From positions 1,488,001 to 1,552,000 of the forward strand of contig JBHGNT010000015.1 of NCBI GenBank assembly GCA_043228905.1: a stretch of 64,000 nt of DNA, read 5' to 3'. Shown here one piece after another: positions 14,939-27,830 of the stretch. The notes below the pieces were generated by a model. That model had not been told where the DNA came from. It searched no databases and was given only the letters and a program-made list of their open reading frames with translations. Source of the DNA: Azolla caroliniana. Taxonomy: Eukaryota; Plantae; Polypodiophyta. The translations under genes were made by a program, and so were the position numbers. The stretch's first letter is position 1. Each line of letters begins with the position of its first letter.

Positions 14939-17262
14939 ATGCCTAAACCTGAAGCGAAGAAGATCACCGAAGACCTGGTTTCTTGGTTGCAATACCCATT
15001 AGAGGATTCTTTTGAGAAGCCCTATTGCTCTGCTTCCTTTGAAGACCAGCCATGGCCAATACCTCACCCATCGGAGGCTCACCCCATGGACATGAACCGG
15101 ACCACTTCCATGGAGAATGCTCATCTTTCCAGATCAAAGGCGGTGTCTTCTTTCCACTCCAATATCACACCAACATTTCATGGAAGCCATGGGTTGCAAA
15201 GATCTAGCAGTGAAATAGCTGAAGGAGCCATGGCTTTGGGTGCCCAAAGAGCTGAGAAGTCTATGTCATTTTCATCGTTGGCAGGAGGGAGGCCAAAATT
15301 AAGGAAGAGCGTAAGTGAAGCTTCGCACCGGTTTGATTCATCAAGTAATCAACTAAGTGGATCTAGTCTTATCACAAATGAAACGATCCCCACTGCTACT
15401 TCTTCAGAGTATAATACCAGCGGTGAGCATGTTCGCGCTTCGACTTCAGCTCAACCTAGTGGTAGTATGATGAGTAGCTCTTCATTCATGGTATGCCATG
15501 ATGAGAAAAGGGTGTTTCATATGGGTTCGGGCTCACAAGGGGGGTCGCTAGCTAGTGTGGATTTGACTTCGAAAGAGGAAAGTTGTAAAGAGAAGCTCTC
15601 TGCCACTGCTACTGGCACCGAGGGCTCTGAAAGCCAGAGTGAAGTATGTGATTTCTACTTCTTATGAATCTCATTGACTTGTGTGTGTATGTATGTATGT
15701 ATGTCACAACCTGTTTGTTCCACTTAGATTCCTGCCAGTCAAGCCTGATTTTCTTATAATTGTTTTACTTGAATATGGCGTGCAATCGACACAGAGTATA
15801 GGGCTTAGTGTAATTTGTACATGCAAAATTTTAAGTTCATATCTGAACTCTAAATTGAAGGTAGAAAAACTGGAATTCTTAGAAAAAAAAACCTTAAAAA
15901 AGTTTTTAGTTTTTTCCCTTTTAGAATTTCCCAAATTACAAATGAAGGTTATTAATTCTTAAGCATGTTCGTTTTTGGTAACTGGATTATATAGGTCAGA
16001 TGGCCTTTAATGTTGGACATTGTAAGGGAGAGCATAAGAGAAAGTGGGCTCTTTCACATGTCATATGAAAAATGTCTAGCTAGCTAGGTAGGTGGAGAGA
16101 GCCTTGCTTGGAGAAGCTCATACATAATGTTGAACACTACATATACTAGGAAAACATGAGGGAAAGTGACCTCTTTCTTCCCTATGAAAATGCACTTGAA
16201 GAGGCTCATAATATCGAACATTGTAGGGGAACTCGAGGGGAAGTAGGCAATCATCATCACATGGGTTAATGTAAGAACTTCTTGTGGTAGTTGTCATTGT
16301 CGTCATCATCTTCTAATAATTATATGACTAGATTGTATGCTTGTCTTTTGGTACATGGAGGATGCAGATGATGAATGTGTGGAAATTAAACGGCCACGGC
16401 GGACCTCGTCTTCAAAGAGAAACCGAGCTGCAGAGGTTCACAACCTTTCTGAACGGGTAAAAAATGAAAGAAAAACTTAAAACATGAATGGGAATTATGG
16501 TTTCATGAACCATTAGATGCTCATCATGAATGGGGATTATGGTTCTTAAATTGATATATAAATATGAAAAGTTGTGCTTCACAGAACCGTCGCAACAGGA
16601 TAAATGAAAAACTAAAGGCTTTACAGGACCTAATACCTAATTCAACCAAGGTTTGTAAATTCTAGACAAGTTTATCTGTACACACATTCATACATGTATA
16701 TGTATGCTGTGCATGTAGTTATCCCATTAACCCCTCTTTTTCACAAAAAAATGGCTTTTGTAGACTGATAAAGCTTCTGTGCTTGATGAGGCAATTGAGT
16801 ACATGAAGAGCCTGCAGATGCAGCTACAGGTGACTTTGCAGCTGTGAGTTTCTTTTTGGGCCTCGGCTAGTCTTTTCCTGACACACAATGTTTAACTTTC
16901 TTGTTTGCGATGGCGGGCAGATGGTTTCCATGCGGAATAGTGGCATGAATATGTCTCCAATGATAGTTCCTGTAGGAATTCCACATTTACAGATACCATC
17001 ACATCATACGATGGGGCTCGGGTTGCCGATCGGCCATCCAGGAATGGGCATGGGCATGTATGGCCAAGGTATCATGGGTGGTCCATATCAAGCAACAATT
17101 CCAGGAGTGAGCCATTATGGAATGCCATACCAAGATGGATGTAGTGTCCAAGGTCAACCATATAACAATGCGCATAGTGTTGAAAGTCAACCATATCAGG
17201 ATGGATGTAGTGTTGAAAGTCAAGTCTTTGACAAGGTCAAATTTCCTCAAGATGAAGCATAA
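14939..17262 (+). CDS. bHLH transcription factor, PIF/SPATULA (subfamily VII) type, ~424 aa
   Basis: Exons 14939-15643, 16361-16456, 16585-16650, 16764-16829, 16921-17262 splice in frame. They give [58 protein letters not shown] with the conserved three-intron bHLH pattern, an N-terminal LVSWLQYPLED PIF-like motif and an M/P/G-rich C-terminus. The true start and last exon are less certain. Confidence 0.88.
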
Positions 17263-19769
17263 TTCTACATTTGGTGTGCTCTTGCTGTTGCAGATTTATG
17301 ATACTTCCCGTAAAATATTAACCATCGGAGTTATTGCATTGGGTTAGTTGCAGCTTCCTGAACAATCCTTGTGATGTAAAGTATGATCAAGTTACTCATT
17401 GCTAGATGCCCTTTCATGCAAAATTGACCAAAATTGAGTCTAATGAGTATATTTGAAAGAAGTATCACTCCTGAGCTGTCTTCACTCGATCAAAAAGGTT
17501 TAGGAAGAATCTAAGCTTGATCATGTATTTGTATAGTTCGATCTGATTATTACCTTGTAACAATTGTATTTGTTTAAATTTGATGTAGACAAGGGTCTCC
17601 CTTGTTGGTGTAAAAATAATGCTAGCATGGAATTTTGAATGTTCAAAGTTTTTTAACCTTAATATGATCAAGCTCCTGGCCCTCCCATGTCACTTTGTAA
17701 ATTACTACTACTATATCATCGCAGGTTTTTTAGTAAGTGAAATTACATCATAATTTGAAGTGGCAGATGTTCACAACATCACAGTTCCATTGGTTAAAAG
17801 TTTTCGACGCAGGTGACGATTTGATATAATTGTAATGTTTCATTCAATGATGAATTAGATGCTCTATGACAACAGAGACAGAAGTCGGCATCAACAACTG
17901 AAGTCCAAGCATATGGGATATTTGTCTTCAGGTGGAAAAACATGCAATAAGATGGGAGAAAAAATGTGAATACCAGTGGTGACCATGAAACTTAGGAAGA
18001 AATGTCACATTCAGTCAATCCAAATATGATCTGAATACGAAGATGTCTTACCTTTTGTAATGTTTCAATCAGAATTGATGTCTTACTTTTTGCAATGTTT
18101 CAATCAGGATTGGAACCAATGATCGATTATGATCTTGAAAAGACCTGAATTAATCATACCTATTTTTCTTTACAATTAATATTGATACACTAACTTGGCA
18201 AGGCGTGATTAATTCATCTTGGAGTTCAGTAGCTAAGTCAGAGATACTCGAGAAATCAAGGAGCTGTCTGGATTTCTCATTCGGTACAATGAACGCTAAT
18301 AATAATGGTGACAGATACAGACCTTTGTTAAGAATGAACATGAAATCCTTTAATTTATAAATGTTGGTCCTCTCAAGTTCTCCACCCTATGCTAGTATCA
18401 TAGTATGTAGTGTTTCCTTGAGCAAATAAATAATAGATTAGTTCATGCATTTATTTAATCAATGATGTTGCTTGAAGAAATAGATCAACCATCTACAACT
18501 TCTGCAGTTTATGGGTTGGAATTTCTATTAGTGTACACACATAGGCTTGATACCTCATTAATAAGGTGAATCCTTTCACTCTATTACTCAAAGGGCATGA
18601 GGCTATGATTTTGTAAGGTAGAAAAAATGCATAGATGTTAATTATCTTTATGTCTATCACCCCTTGCATGTATATCAAGTCCTTGATCTTTTTCAATGTC
18701 TTCATTTGGTAACAGATGCTTTAAAGAACCTTTCCTTACATGATCAACCATATTATGCTAAATCAATACGACAAAGATATGGCAAACATGTTTGAATGCA
18801 AGACAGAATATAAAGAACCAATTTATTTTTGTGGGACACTGGACAGACAGAAATAATTTTTTCCAAACCCATACAGTAACCAAAAGTTTTAGGGTGAGAT
18901 TTGTTTTCTGAGATTAAATGCAACTATATGCTTTATCTAATTAAATGTGTCAATCCTTGAACTTGCAATCATAAAATTTGATGATTGTGCAATTTCATAC
19001 AGTACTTGAAACTTCATACAATATATATGATGATTGAATCAGCAATCATCAGCTCCTCACTCACAAAATGAAGTTAGCAGTCAAGACCTGGTTGGCCTAA
19101 AAGGATAATTGAATTAGCATATTCCCTTCCCTCTCTCAATTAGAGAACTGGAAAAGCAAATGTACCAAAAATCAAATGTTGGTGCACTCTTTCCAGGCTC
19201 AATGAATCAAAATAGTCACTGCCCCTTCCATACGTGAAAGGATGAAGAAAAGAAATGTTAGGAGATCTACGTTCCACTAAGAAATATTTAACATGGAGGC
19301 CAGTCTCAATAATCATAGCGTGCAAGAAGAGGCCACATTAATTAGAGCATGAATCAAAATAATATAATTATAGGTCTTTTTTGCACTGACAAATCAATTG
19401 ACAACCACATCATTCTGGATATTATCATATGATAAAAGGAGTTCACAGTCCGAAATACCCCAAATGTCCCTGAGTTTTCATCATTAACACCCAATGCCCT
19501 TGGTCAATCCAAGTAAGATAATGATATGTGGGGAGACCCATTTGCTCTCTTGCAGAAGTTGACATAGGGAGGGCATTTGAGGAAATAAGAAAAACCTCCA
19601 ACCTCAATCGGCATCCATGCACAGACAGAAAGAGTGCATTGCAGCAGAAGGGAAAGAACGAGGTAGCGAAGGATGAAGAAAGGCCATGGGAGCTGGATGG
19701 ATCAGGGGGAAGGGGAAAGAAATGGTGGGATCATGGGCCATCACAACAGGGGCGGGCCATAGCCATAGT

Positions 19770-20050
19770 TAGCAATCGCAACAGCTCGGTTTGAACCGAA
19801 CCGAACTTCGAAACCGCGACTTGACGGTTTAAACGCTTCATGTTCAGGTCTTAGTAAAACGGTTCGATTTCGGTTTGGTTCAGTTCCAGCCTTTATCCGT
19901 TTAACGGTTTTCCCTGTTATAAACGGTTTAAAAACCTCGGTTTAAATTGTTTTAATATTGATCAAATTTCTTAAATTGTTTTTTGAATATTTTAAGCCTA
20001 ATTTTGATACTTTAAGAAAAATCTTTCAATTTTGAAAATTTAAACTTTGG
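19770..20050. mobile_element. Truncated MITE-like element related to the hAT MITE at 63418
   Basis: Begins TAGCAATCGCAAC followed by dense AACCG/CGGTT subterminal motifs. No right TIR found. Confidence 0.5.
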
Positions 20051-20989
20051 ACAACATGGTTGAGGTGTCAATCGTAACAATGTTTTTGAATGATTATGTG
20101 GTAACTTGGTTTATGGACACCATTGGTTTATAGGTATAACCTCTGGCACTAATTCTACGACTTATCTTAAAGGGTTTAAGGGTAACATACGTTCACGAAA
20201 CCATTTTGTCCTAGAACCTTGGGACAAACCCTTGAAGGACCTATGGCATGTGCCAACACGTGATGGTCTAGGAGCCTTAGGTGTTGGGCAATATATGTAC
20301 ATAAAGGGGACGATCTACTGAGTACTCCCTTCATTACAACATCTTAAGACTTTGCTAAAATTCTATTGGTGAGGATAAGCTCTCATTGTCGGGTTTGTTA
20401 TTCAACTCTTGAAGTACAACATACGGTACCATTTGATGGTATGGGACACCAAATGGTATTTTAATCATGTCTCATATCCTTCCCTCGGGGATGGTCAATG
20501 TGGTTACGTTGCTCATCATACCCTTAATTCATCGTTTTTCCTTAATCTCTTATTACGTTGCTCATCGTTAATACGGTTCTTAACATCGTATGTAGTCTAA
20601 AAGATAACATTATCACACTCTTGTGGAGCAATCAGGCAATGGAACATCACAATGAGCTTGTTCATAATAATGATGTCAACAAATTATGTTGTGCACATCG
20701 TCATGAAGTGGTCACACGCAAAAAAGCCAACATAGCAAAAGTGAGGAGATTTATATGCTTCTTTATCTCTCACTTATTTACGGAGTGGAATGAATGGGAG
20801 TATAACTCCTTGTAATGAGCATTAATGTGACAATGGTCATGGATGCAAGTATTGTGCCGTTGTGAGTAACGTGTGAGATTATTCTATGGTATCTTTCTTC
20901 AACTTTCATAACCTTCTAATATACCTATCTAGGTCAACACATTTTACATTCTTGGAGTGAGAGAAGACAAGAGAGAAATATCTCATTCA

Positions 20990-21250
20990 CCATATGATAA
21001 ACCTCAACTTATTCAATAGATATGGTACACCCCAACAAACAAACACTTATTCAATAAATATGATAAACCTCAACAAATAAACACTTATTCAATAAATATC
21101 GTAAACCTCAACAAACAAACACTTATTCAATAATATATGATAAACCTCAATAGACAAACACTTAATGAATAAATACGAATAACCTAAATAGACAAACACT
21201 TATTGAATAAATATGATAAGCTTTGACGGACAAACACTTATTGAATAGGG
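20990..21250. repeat. ~41-bp tandem repeat, about 6 copies
   Basis: Unit approximately ATATGATAAACCTCAACAAACAAACACTTATTCAATAA. Confidence 0.9.
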
Positions 21251-21878
21251 AACCAGTGAGAGAAACTTCTTGTTTTACCATCACGAGAGAGGCATATCTA
21301 ATGAACCACAATATTGGTGTAGTAACCAATGACAAGAAGGGAGAAATGTATTCGAGTGGCGTTAATATTCACATAGCAAGGGAGAAGGGCATTCGCCCAA
21401 GTGGTTGGTTTATTCTCTCAGAGAGGTAGATAGGTACATATCATTATCGTCATATGACTAAAAGCGAAGCATTTTTCACAAAAGGTATGTATGTGGAGTT
21501 GAGTAATAACTCACTCTCGACACTCAGAGGACTTTACAATTCAAACTTCTGGAGTCACGTCGGAGCTATGGAGGGTTCTCGCATTGCGAGTTGTAAGAGA
21601 AATGCGTGCAGGGGAGAGGATTGAACCATGCCCAGGTCGGGATCGGATGATGTGTGGAAGACAAACTCAGAACACGATCGGAAGAGATGGGGAGTGTGAT
21701 GATTCTCAGACCCACAAAACTCATGTGTGCCAGCAGAGTTTCCCTGGGGCCTTGGGCTCAGATGGGGTGGGACCCTGACATGTATCTAATAAAGAGACTC
21801 TAGACATGGACATGGACAATGGACACTCGATTGGGAGAGAGACAGAGAGGGCCTAAGAGAGGGACCTATTTGCCCTTG

Positions 21879-21915
<37 letters not shown>

Positions 21916-22382
21916 ATGTATAAATAACAAACAAATAAATAAATAAAAAAAATATAAATACATAAACATATACATACATATATACTACGTACCATACGTG
22001 CATTCGCATTCGAGAATGTTTCAATCATCCAGAGTATGGTAAACAACCTCAAAGCATGGTAAATACCAACCATACTTTTGTATTCGTTATTTATTATAAG
22101 GTAAAATTTTCTTTTAAGGTAAAAAGTGTAAAAAGAAGAAGAAGCATAAGAATGTTTTCATAGCACATGCATTCGTTTGCATTCGTATAAAAAGAATGTT
22201 TGCCAATGCATTCGAGTATATTATGTTGATAAAATAAAGAGTGAATTGGGTTTCAGAAACAGAGGCAGAGAGAAACAGAGACAGAGAGAAACAGAGACCC
22301 AAGAGTGTTGTGTTAAGAATTTGCCTCTCTGTCTCTGTCTCTGTTTCTGTTTCTGTCTGCATCCCGTCCCCTGATCTCGGCC

Positions 22383-25300
22383 ATGGGAAAAGGAGCTGGT
22401 CGTGGCAAGTTCAAAGGGAAGCCCACCGGTCACCGCCACTTCTCGAATCCTGAAGAGATGGGTACATATATACCTCTCCATCTTCTAAAATAAGAATTAT
22501 GTCAGAGCTCGTTGCTTGTCTCCTTCTTCTTCTTTTTGTAATGTGAAAAAAGTGAATCATTTGCCTTTCAATCATTGGAACTTGTCAAATATCTGATGCA
22601 GACGAAATGGGATATATGCAAATATGTATTTTTTGTATGTGCATATGCTGTAATATCCATGGTATTCGAAAGTGCAGATGAAATGGGATATGTGTAGATA
22701 TGTATTTTTTCATCTCCCAAAAAGGTCTTCGATTCTTGCTGGAATGTATGTGCATATGCTGTAATATCCATGGTATTCGAAAGTGCAGATGAAATGGGAT
22801 ATATGTAGATATGTATTTTTTGTATGTGCATATGGTATTCGAAAGTGCAGATGAAATGGGATATATGTAGATATGTATTTTTTGTATGTGCATATGCTGT
22901 AATATCCATGGTATTCGAAAGTGCAGATGAAATGGGATATATGTAGATATGTATTTTTTGTATGTGCATATGCTGTAATATCCATGGTATAGTGGACAGA
23001 ACCCAGTTTAGTAAAAGATTCAGAATGATTGTGAAGGTGGGGAGGTGTAGACACAGCCATTGTGGTCGGTGATGTATAATTGAAGGATCAAACCTCATTT
23101 GTGCTATAATGACTGCGACTAGGTCGAGACCTATTGGCAAGCCCACGAGGATGGGATGGCACAAGGTCATCCAAGTGGGCGGAGATGTGGGTATCGGGCA
23201 AGGTTTTTACATTTTCTATACATTTCCCTCAGATGCTGTCCCTAGCATGGGGGAGTTATTGAACAATGTTTATGATCAAAAGGTTTGTCAAGCGTAGATT
23301 TGTAGACAGTTTGTAACGAGGAGATCCCTCGGCATTTTTGTGTCAAAATGTATATATGCATGCATGTATACATACATATGCACATACTGCACATATATAA
23401 ATATGTGTCTGCATGTGTGTACATACATCATACATGTATATCTGCCAGAAGGATCGCTGCTCTCTAGATAATTGCACCAATAAATGCTGGAAATCAGAGT
23501 TTTTTGTGCTATTAATGTGAATGGTATGCATTCCGATTATTAAAAGTGGTAATGATGAATATGTATATATGCTTTTTTCCTTTGTATACGAGATTTAACC
23601 TCTCTCATGGTGGAAGTTTTATACACTTATTATTAACACATAGGAAATTGATACAAACCTAAACCTTTTGAATCTTTTACAGTTGCAGGCTCATCTGGGA
23701 GGGCCCGAGGTTTTAGCAAACGTGTAATCTCTTGCTTCTCTGTTTATATATTTCATGTTATGGACTTAGTTTCATATTCCTGTGAATATATCTATGATTC
23801 ATATGTACTACCGCAAATGTATGGAATGTGGGTAAATTTGGATAGTGAGATTTAAAGATCTTGTATTGTCATGCCATATGTTTGCTAAGATCTCAATGTA
23901 GGCTAATATTAGTGCACCCTTATATTCTAACATTTCAGGTTGAGGAAGAACCTGAAGATTCTGAAGAAGAATCAGAGGAAGAAGAATCAGATGACGAGTC
24001 TGAGAATTCTGTTAGTGTTTCCCTATTTATATCTGCATAAATATAGAATATATTCTGAGACATAATGTCAAATGTTGTTTTTGTAGTTGAAGGGTTTGTT
24101 TAATGGTTTCTATGCATTGCAGAAAAAGAAGGGTACTGAGGGTCTTATTGAAATAGAGAATCCAAATCTGGCAAAACCTAGGAGTATCAAGGCCAAAGAC
24201 GTGGATGTAGGTTTTTGGGTTCTTTTGACTTTATGCCATTATTTGCAGTAGTTTTTAGAAGAAAAACTTGCAATCATGTGGCTTACACAATTGACAATGT
24301 TTCAAGAAATAATTCCTTTCCGTCTGACTTTGCATTATGGAATTATACAGTTGGATCGCCCTGCTGAGCTTTCAAGACGAGAAAGGTAATTTGCTATTCC
24401 CAACTGAACATGTTCTACTTTGTCAGGATGAAATTTGCATGGTTTGTGACATGATTTACTTTGTTTCTGATCCTCAAGAGCCAACAACTTGATATGCTAA
24501 CTATAAGTGCGTGTGTTGAAACGTTCGTGTTGTTTCTAATCCTCAAAAGACTAATATCGATATGATTATCATTGAGAGACTGATCTATGGATGTGTTAAC
24601 TCTCAAAGCTTAATGTGTGGATATGCCAATCCTCAAAGACTGATGTGATGGTGTTCTAATCCTTAAAGATGCATATTTTGATATTCTAACTATAATATGT
24701 TGGTAAGCTAACTATAATATGTTGAGAGACTGATCTATGGATGTGTTAACGCTCAAAGCTTAATGTGTGGATATGCTAATCCTCAAAGACTGATGTGATG
24801 GTGTTCTAATCCTTAAAGATGCATATTTTGATATTCTAACTATAATATGTTGGTTATAGAGAAGAGCTGGAAAAGCAGAGGGCACATGAGCGATACATGA
24901 AGTTGCAGGAGCAGGGAAAGACAGATCAAGCAAGAAAAGATCTAGGTTTGGATTTCAGATTTGTAGCAAACCATTCATTTTTGAGAATTTACCTTCTAAA
25001 AAGGAAGTCTTGAAAAATGTGGGACTATCTATCTACATACATTTTGAGAAATTACCTTCCAGCAAAACGTTCAAAAACATCTAAGTCTGGATTTCACAGT
25101 GTATTAAATCATATAGAGGATTGATTGTTATTTACCTTTCAGGAAAGAAGGTTGAAATGGTTGAAATACATATACCATTTTGTGTTACATTAATGGTTAT
25201 AAAATATATTGTCATAGTTTGAAACTGCTTGTAAAGTAAATGATCATGCTCTGCTTCCTTGAAAACAATTTCGTTTGCTGTTATTACTGTGATAAAGTTT

Positions 25301-25551
25301 GTGCATATCTTACTTCTAGAATTTGTTTTCTTTCGGTGTGTTGGATTGTAGAGAGACTAGCACTCATCAAGGAGCAGAGGGCAGAAGCTGCGAAGAAGCG
25401 AGAAGAGGAGAAACTAGGTATATTCTTGTTCTTCTTTTTGTACCTAAATACTTTTTTTTCGAGTGTCGAATGGAGCACGAAAGATTCATTTGCGTGTGGA
25501 TTCCTTCCTTTTGCAGCAAAGGAATCCAAGAAAATCGAGGGAAGGAAGTGA
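22383..25551 (+). CDS. PDAP1: 28-kDa heat- and acid-stable phosphoprotein (PDGFA-associated protein 1 family), 165 aa
   Basis: Exons 22383-22461, 23683-23723, 23939-24010, 24123-24206, 24351-24385, 24860-24945, 25352-25417, 25517-25551, all GT-AG and in frame: MGKGAGRGKFKGKPTGHRHFSNPEEM..acidic tract..[71 protein letters not shown]. Confidence 0.92.
22595..22990. repeat. ~75-bp tandem repeat (about 5 copies) in PDAP1 intron 1
   Basis: Unit ATGGTATTCGAAAGTGCAGATGAAATGGGATATATGTAGATATGTATTTTTTGTATGTGCATATGCTGTAATATCC; one copy has an insertion and one a deletion. Confidence 0.93.
24570..24855. repeat. ~150-bp tandem duplication in PDAP1 intron 5
   Basis: TTGAGAGACTGATCTATGGATGTGTTAAC...TATAATATGTTGGT occurs twice. 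Confidence 0.9.
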
Positions 25552-26343
25552 TTGAACGATTGTGTTCTGTTTACACCAAGATGGCATTTTGGAAAATAGA
25601 GTCCAAATTGATAAGAGAAATGCCACTTTGAGCATTGAAATTGATGAACACGGTTTTCCGTCGATCGCATCAATGACAAAATGGCTCATTTTTTACGACA
25701 GTTTTTGTTGCTCTTTTGGTGCAAACAATATATATAGATAGATACATATGTAGTAGGGGCATATCATTAATCGAGATAATTATAAATTTAACTCTTTTAT
25801 GTTTCAGAAATTTTGAAATCAAGATCGGCATAGAGATATGCAAGCAACTCTCTTGTGCTCAAATCTTATTATTTAGTTATTGCCATGATGGAAATTTTTC
25901 CTAGCCTCTAGCATCGAGGTATTTAATTTCTAGCTAATTAAACTTGTGATAGTCCATTCACTGATTGAATCAATATTCTTCGAGATTGTTCTGCTAGTCT
26001 TTACATGTGATGGTTGTGACCTCTAGACCTTCATAATAGACCATGTGCACGTGTACTATATCTCCTCCTAGAATTCACTATTTCTTCCTGCCTACCCTTT
26101 ATGTTCTTCATAAATCACCGTCATTCCTCAGTTCTCACTTGGTGAAAATATACAAAGCGTAATTAATAGGATCTAGACATGTAATGTGAAAGTTGAAGGA
26201 TAATTGATGAATTAGGTGTTACAAAAAAATAAATATCAGGGTGATTATCAATCAGATGCCCGATGAATGACACCCTAAAACCTTATTTCGAATCTAGGTG
26301 AAAACAAGCATCACATAGAGGAATTGCTGGGAAGTGAAAGCCT

Positions 26344-26557
26344 AAGGTCTATGATGACAATACCTTGATGATTTCTTCAACCACAATTGGATGTAGATAC
26401 TATGGATGTGATGTGTGATGTAAGGTAAATACCAAGGTTTACTTGGGGAAAGGCAAAGGTCTATGATGACAATACCTTGATGATTTCGTTCAACCACAAT
26501 TGGATGTAGATACTATGGATGTGATGTGTGATGTAAGGTAAATACCAAGGTTTACTT
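26344..26557. repeat. ~112-bp tandem duplication
   Basis: AAGGTCTATGATGACAATACCTTG...CCAAGGTTTACTT occurs twice, nearly identical. Confidence 0.92.
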
Positions 26558-27604
26558 AAAAGTGAGTATTAGGTGGAAACATTTAACTACACATCTAAAT
26601 TGTGGGTGGATGCGTAGAGGGTTTGAAATACTTACGAGTCACTTAATCAACCTAGCGCACTTGTATTAGAATCCAACTTAAAGAAATTTCTATAACTAGG
26701 CATGGTTATATTATATGTGATTACCAAACATTCACCTTAATTAGATATGGGATGAGACACAAAGGATTGTAAAACCCATCTAATACCATGTTGAAAATTC
26801 AATGTGAATCAAAACATAACACCATATACTTGTGGAGCAAATAAAACGAAAAGTGAACTGATAAAAAATGAAATTAAAAACCAATGGATGCAACAAGGGC
26901 AAACGTTCACAAGTCACGGGTTTTGGAGGTTCTATATTACGCGGTGTACTTAGCATGGTTAGTGAAGTTGGTGCCCATAAATGAAACCTCAAGTAGGTGG
27001 AACTCTTTAAATTGAGGGGCTTCACAATATTATTCCTATTTTTTCTATCCAAATAAAGGTATCTCCATCTATGGGTTAGTAGTGAGAACAATTGTGATAT
27101 AATTTAAATGAAAATCACTTTCTTGCATACTAGGGGCGCACTAACTTATTGGCGACGTTAAGATTTTCAAGATGAAGATACTTCAATAACTTGGGAGACA
27201 TGTCTATTATGAAATGCATGATTTATGTTATCAAGCAAAATGGATTAATAGACATTAAAAAGAAAGATTGGTAGATTTAGGCATTGCATAGAAGAATAAC
27301 AACACTTCTATACAAACTACATGCATTAGTATTGGAAATTCATGAAAATGAATAATATGCCTCTACCAAAGTATGACCTTGTCATAAAGGTTTGGATCCA
27401 ACATTAGAAAAGCATACCATCACTCGAGGTCAAGAAAGAAAGATTGCTACATGTATTCCAAAATGTTGGTTGTAATCAAACCACAAGGGAATAACTTTGT
27501 GGGTAGAATTGCAAATTACCGTTTTATAAAAGTGCATAGCACCCGCTGTAAATGCTAACACATGTGAATAAATAAACATTTTATGTCAATGATTTTTATG
27601 CAAT

Positions 27605-27830
27605 AAATAACATGTTAGAGTCAACAATCACGCCGTTATGTGCTTTAAAACTTTTGTCCTTTTCGTTTTTACTTTCGAAGTAATAGGCCTAAATAACATG
27701 TTAGAGTCAACAATCATATTGTTATTTGTTTTAAGACTTTTATCCTTCTCGTTTTTACTTCCATAATAATTGGCCTAAACAACACGTTAGAGTCACCGAT
27801 CATACCGTTATTTGTTTAAAAACTTCTATT
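27605..27830. repeat. ~85-bp tandem repeat, about 2.5 copies
   Basis: AATAACATGTTAGAGTCAACAATCA..GTTAT..TAAAACTT recurs at ~27606, ~27691 and ~27778. Confidence 0.85.

Noticed and set aside
20990-21250. Regularly spaced repeats that could suggest a CRISPR array (also 22595-22990 and 60783-61305)
   Set aside because: Units are contiguous with no unique spacers, there are no cas genes, and the context is eukaryotic.
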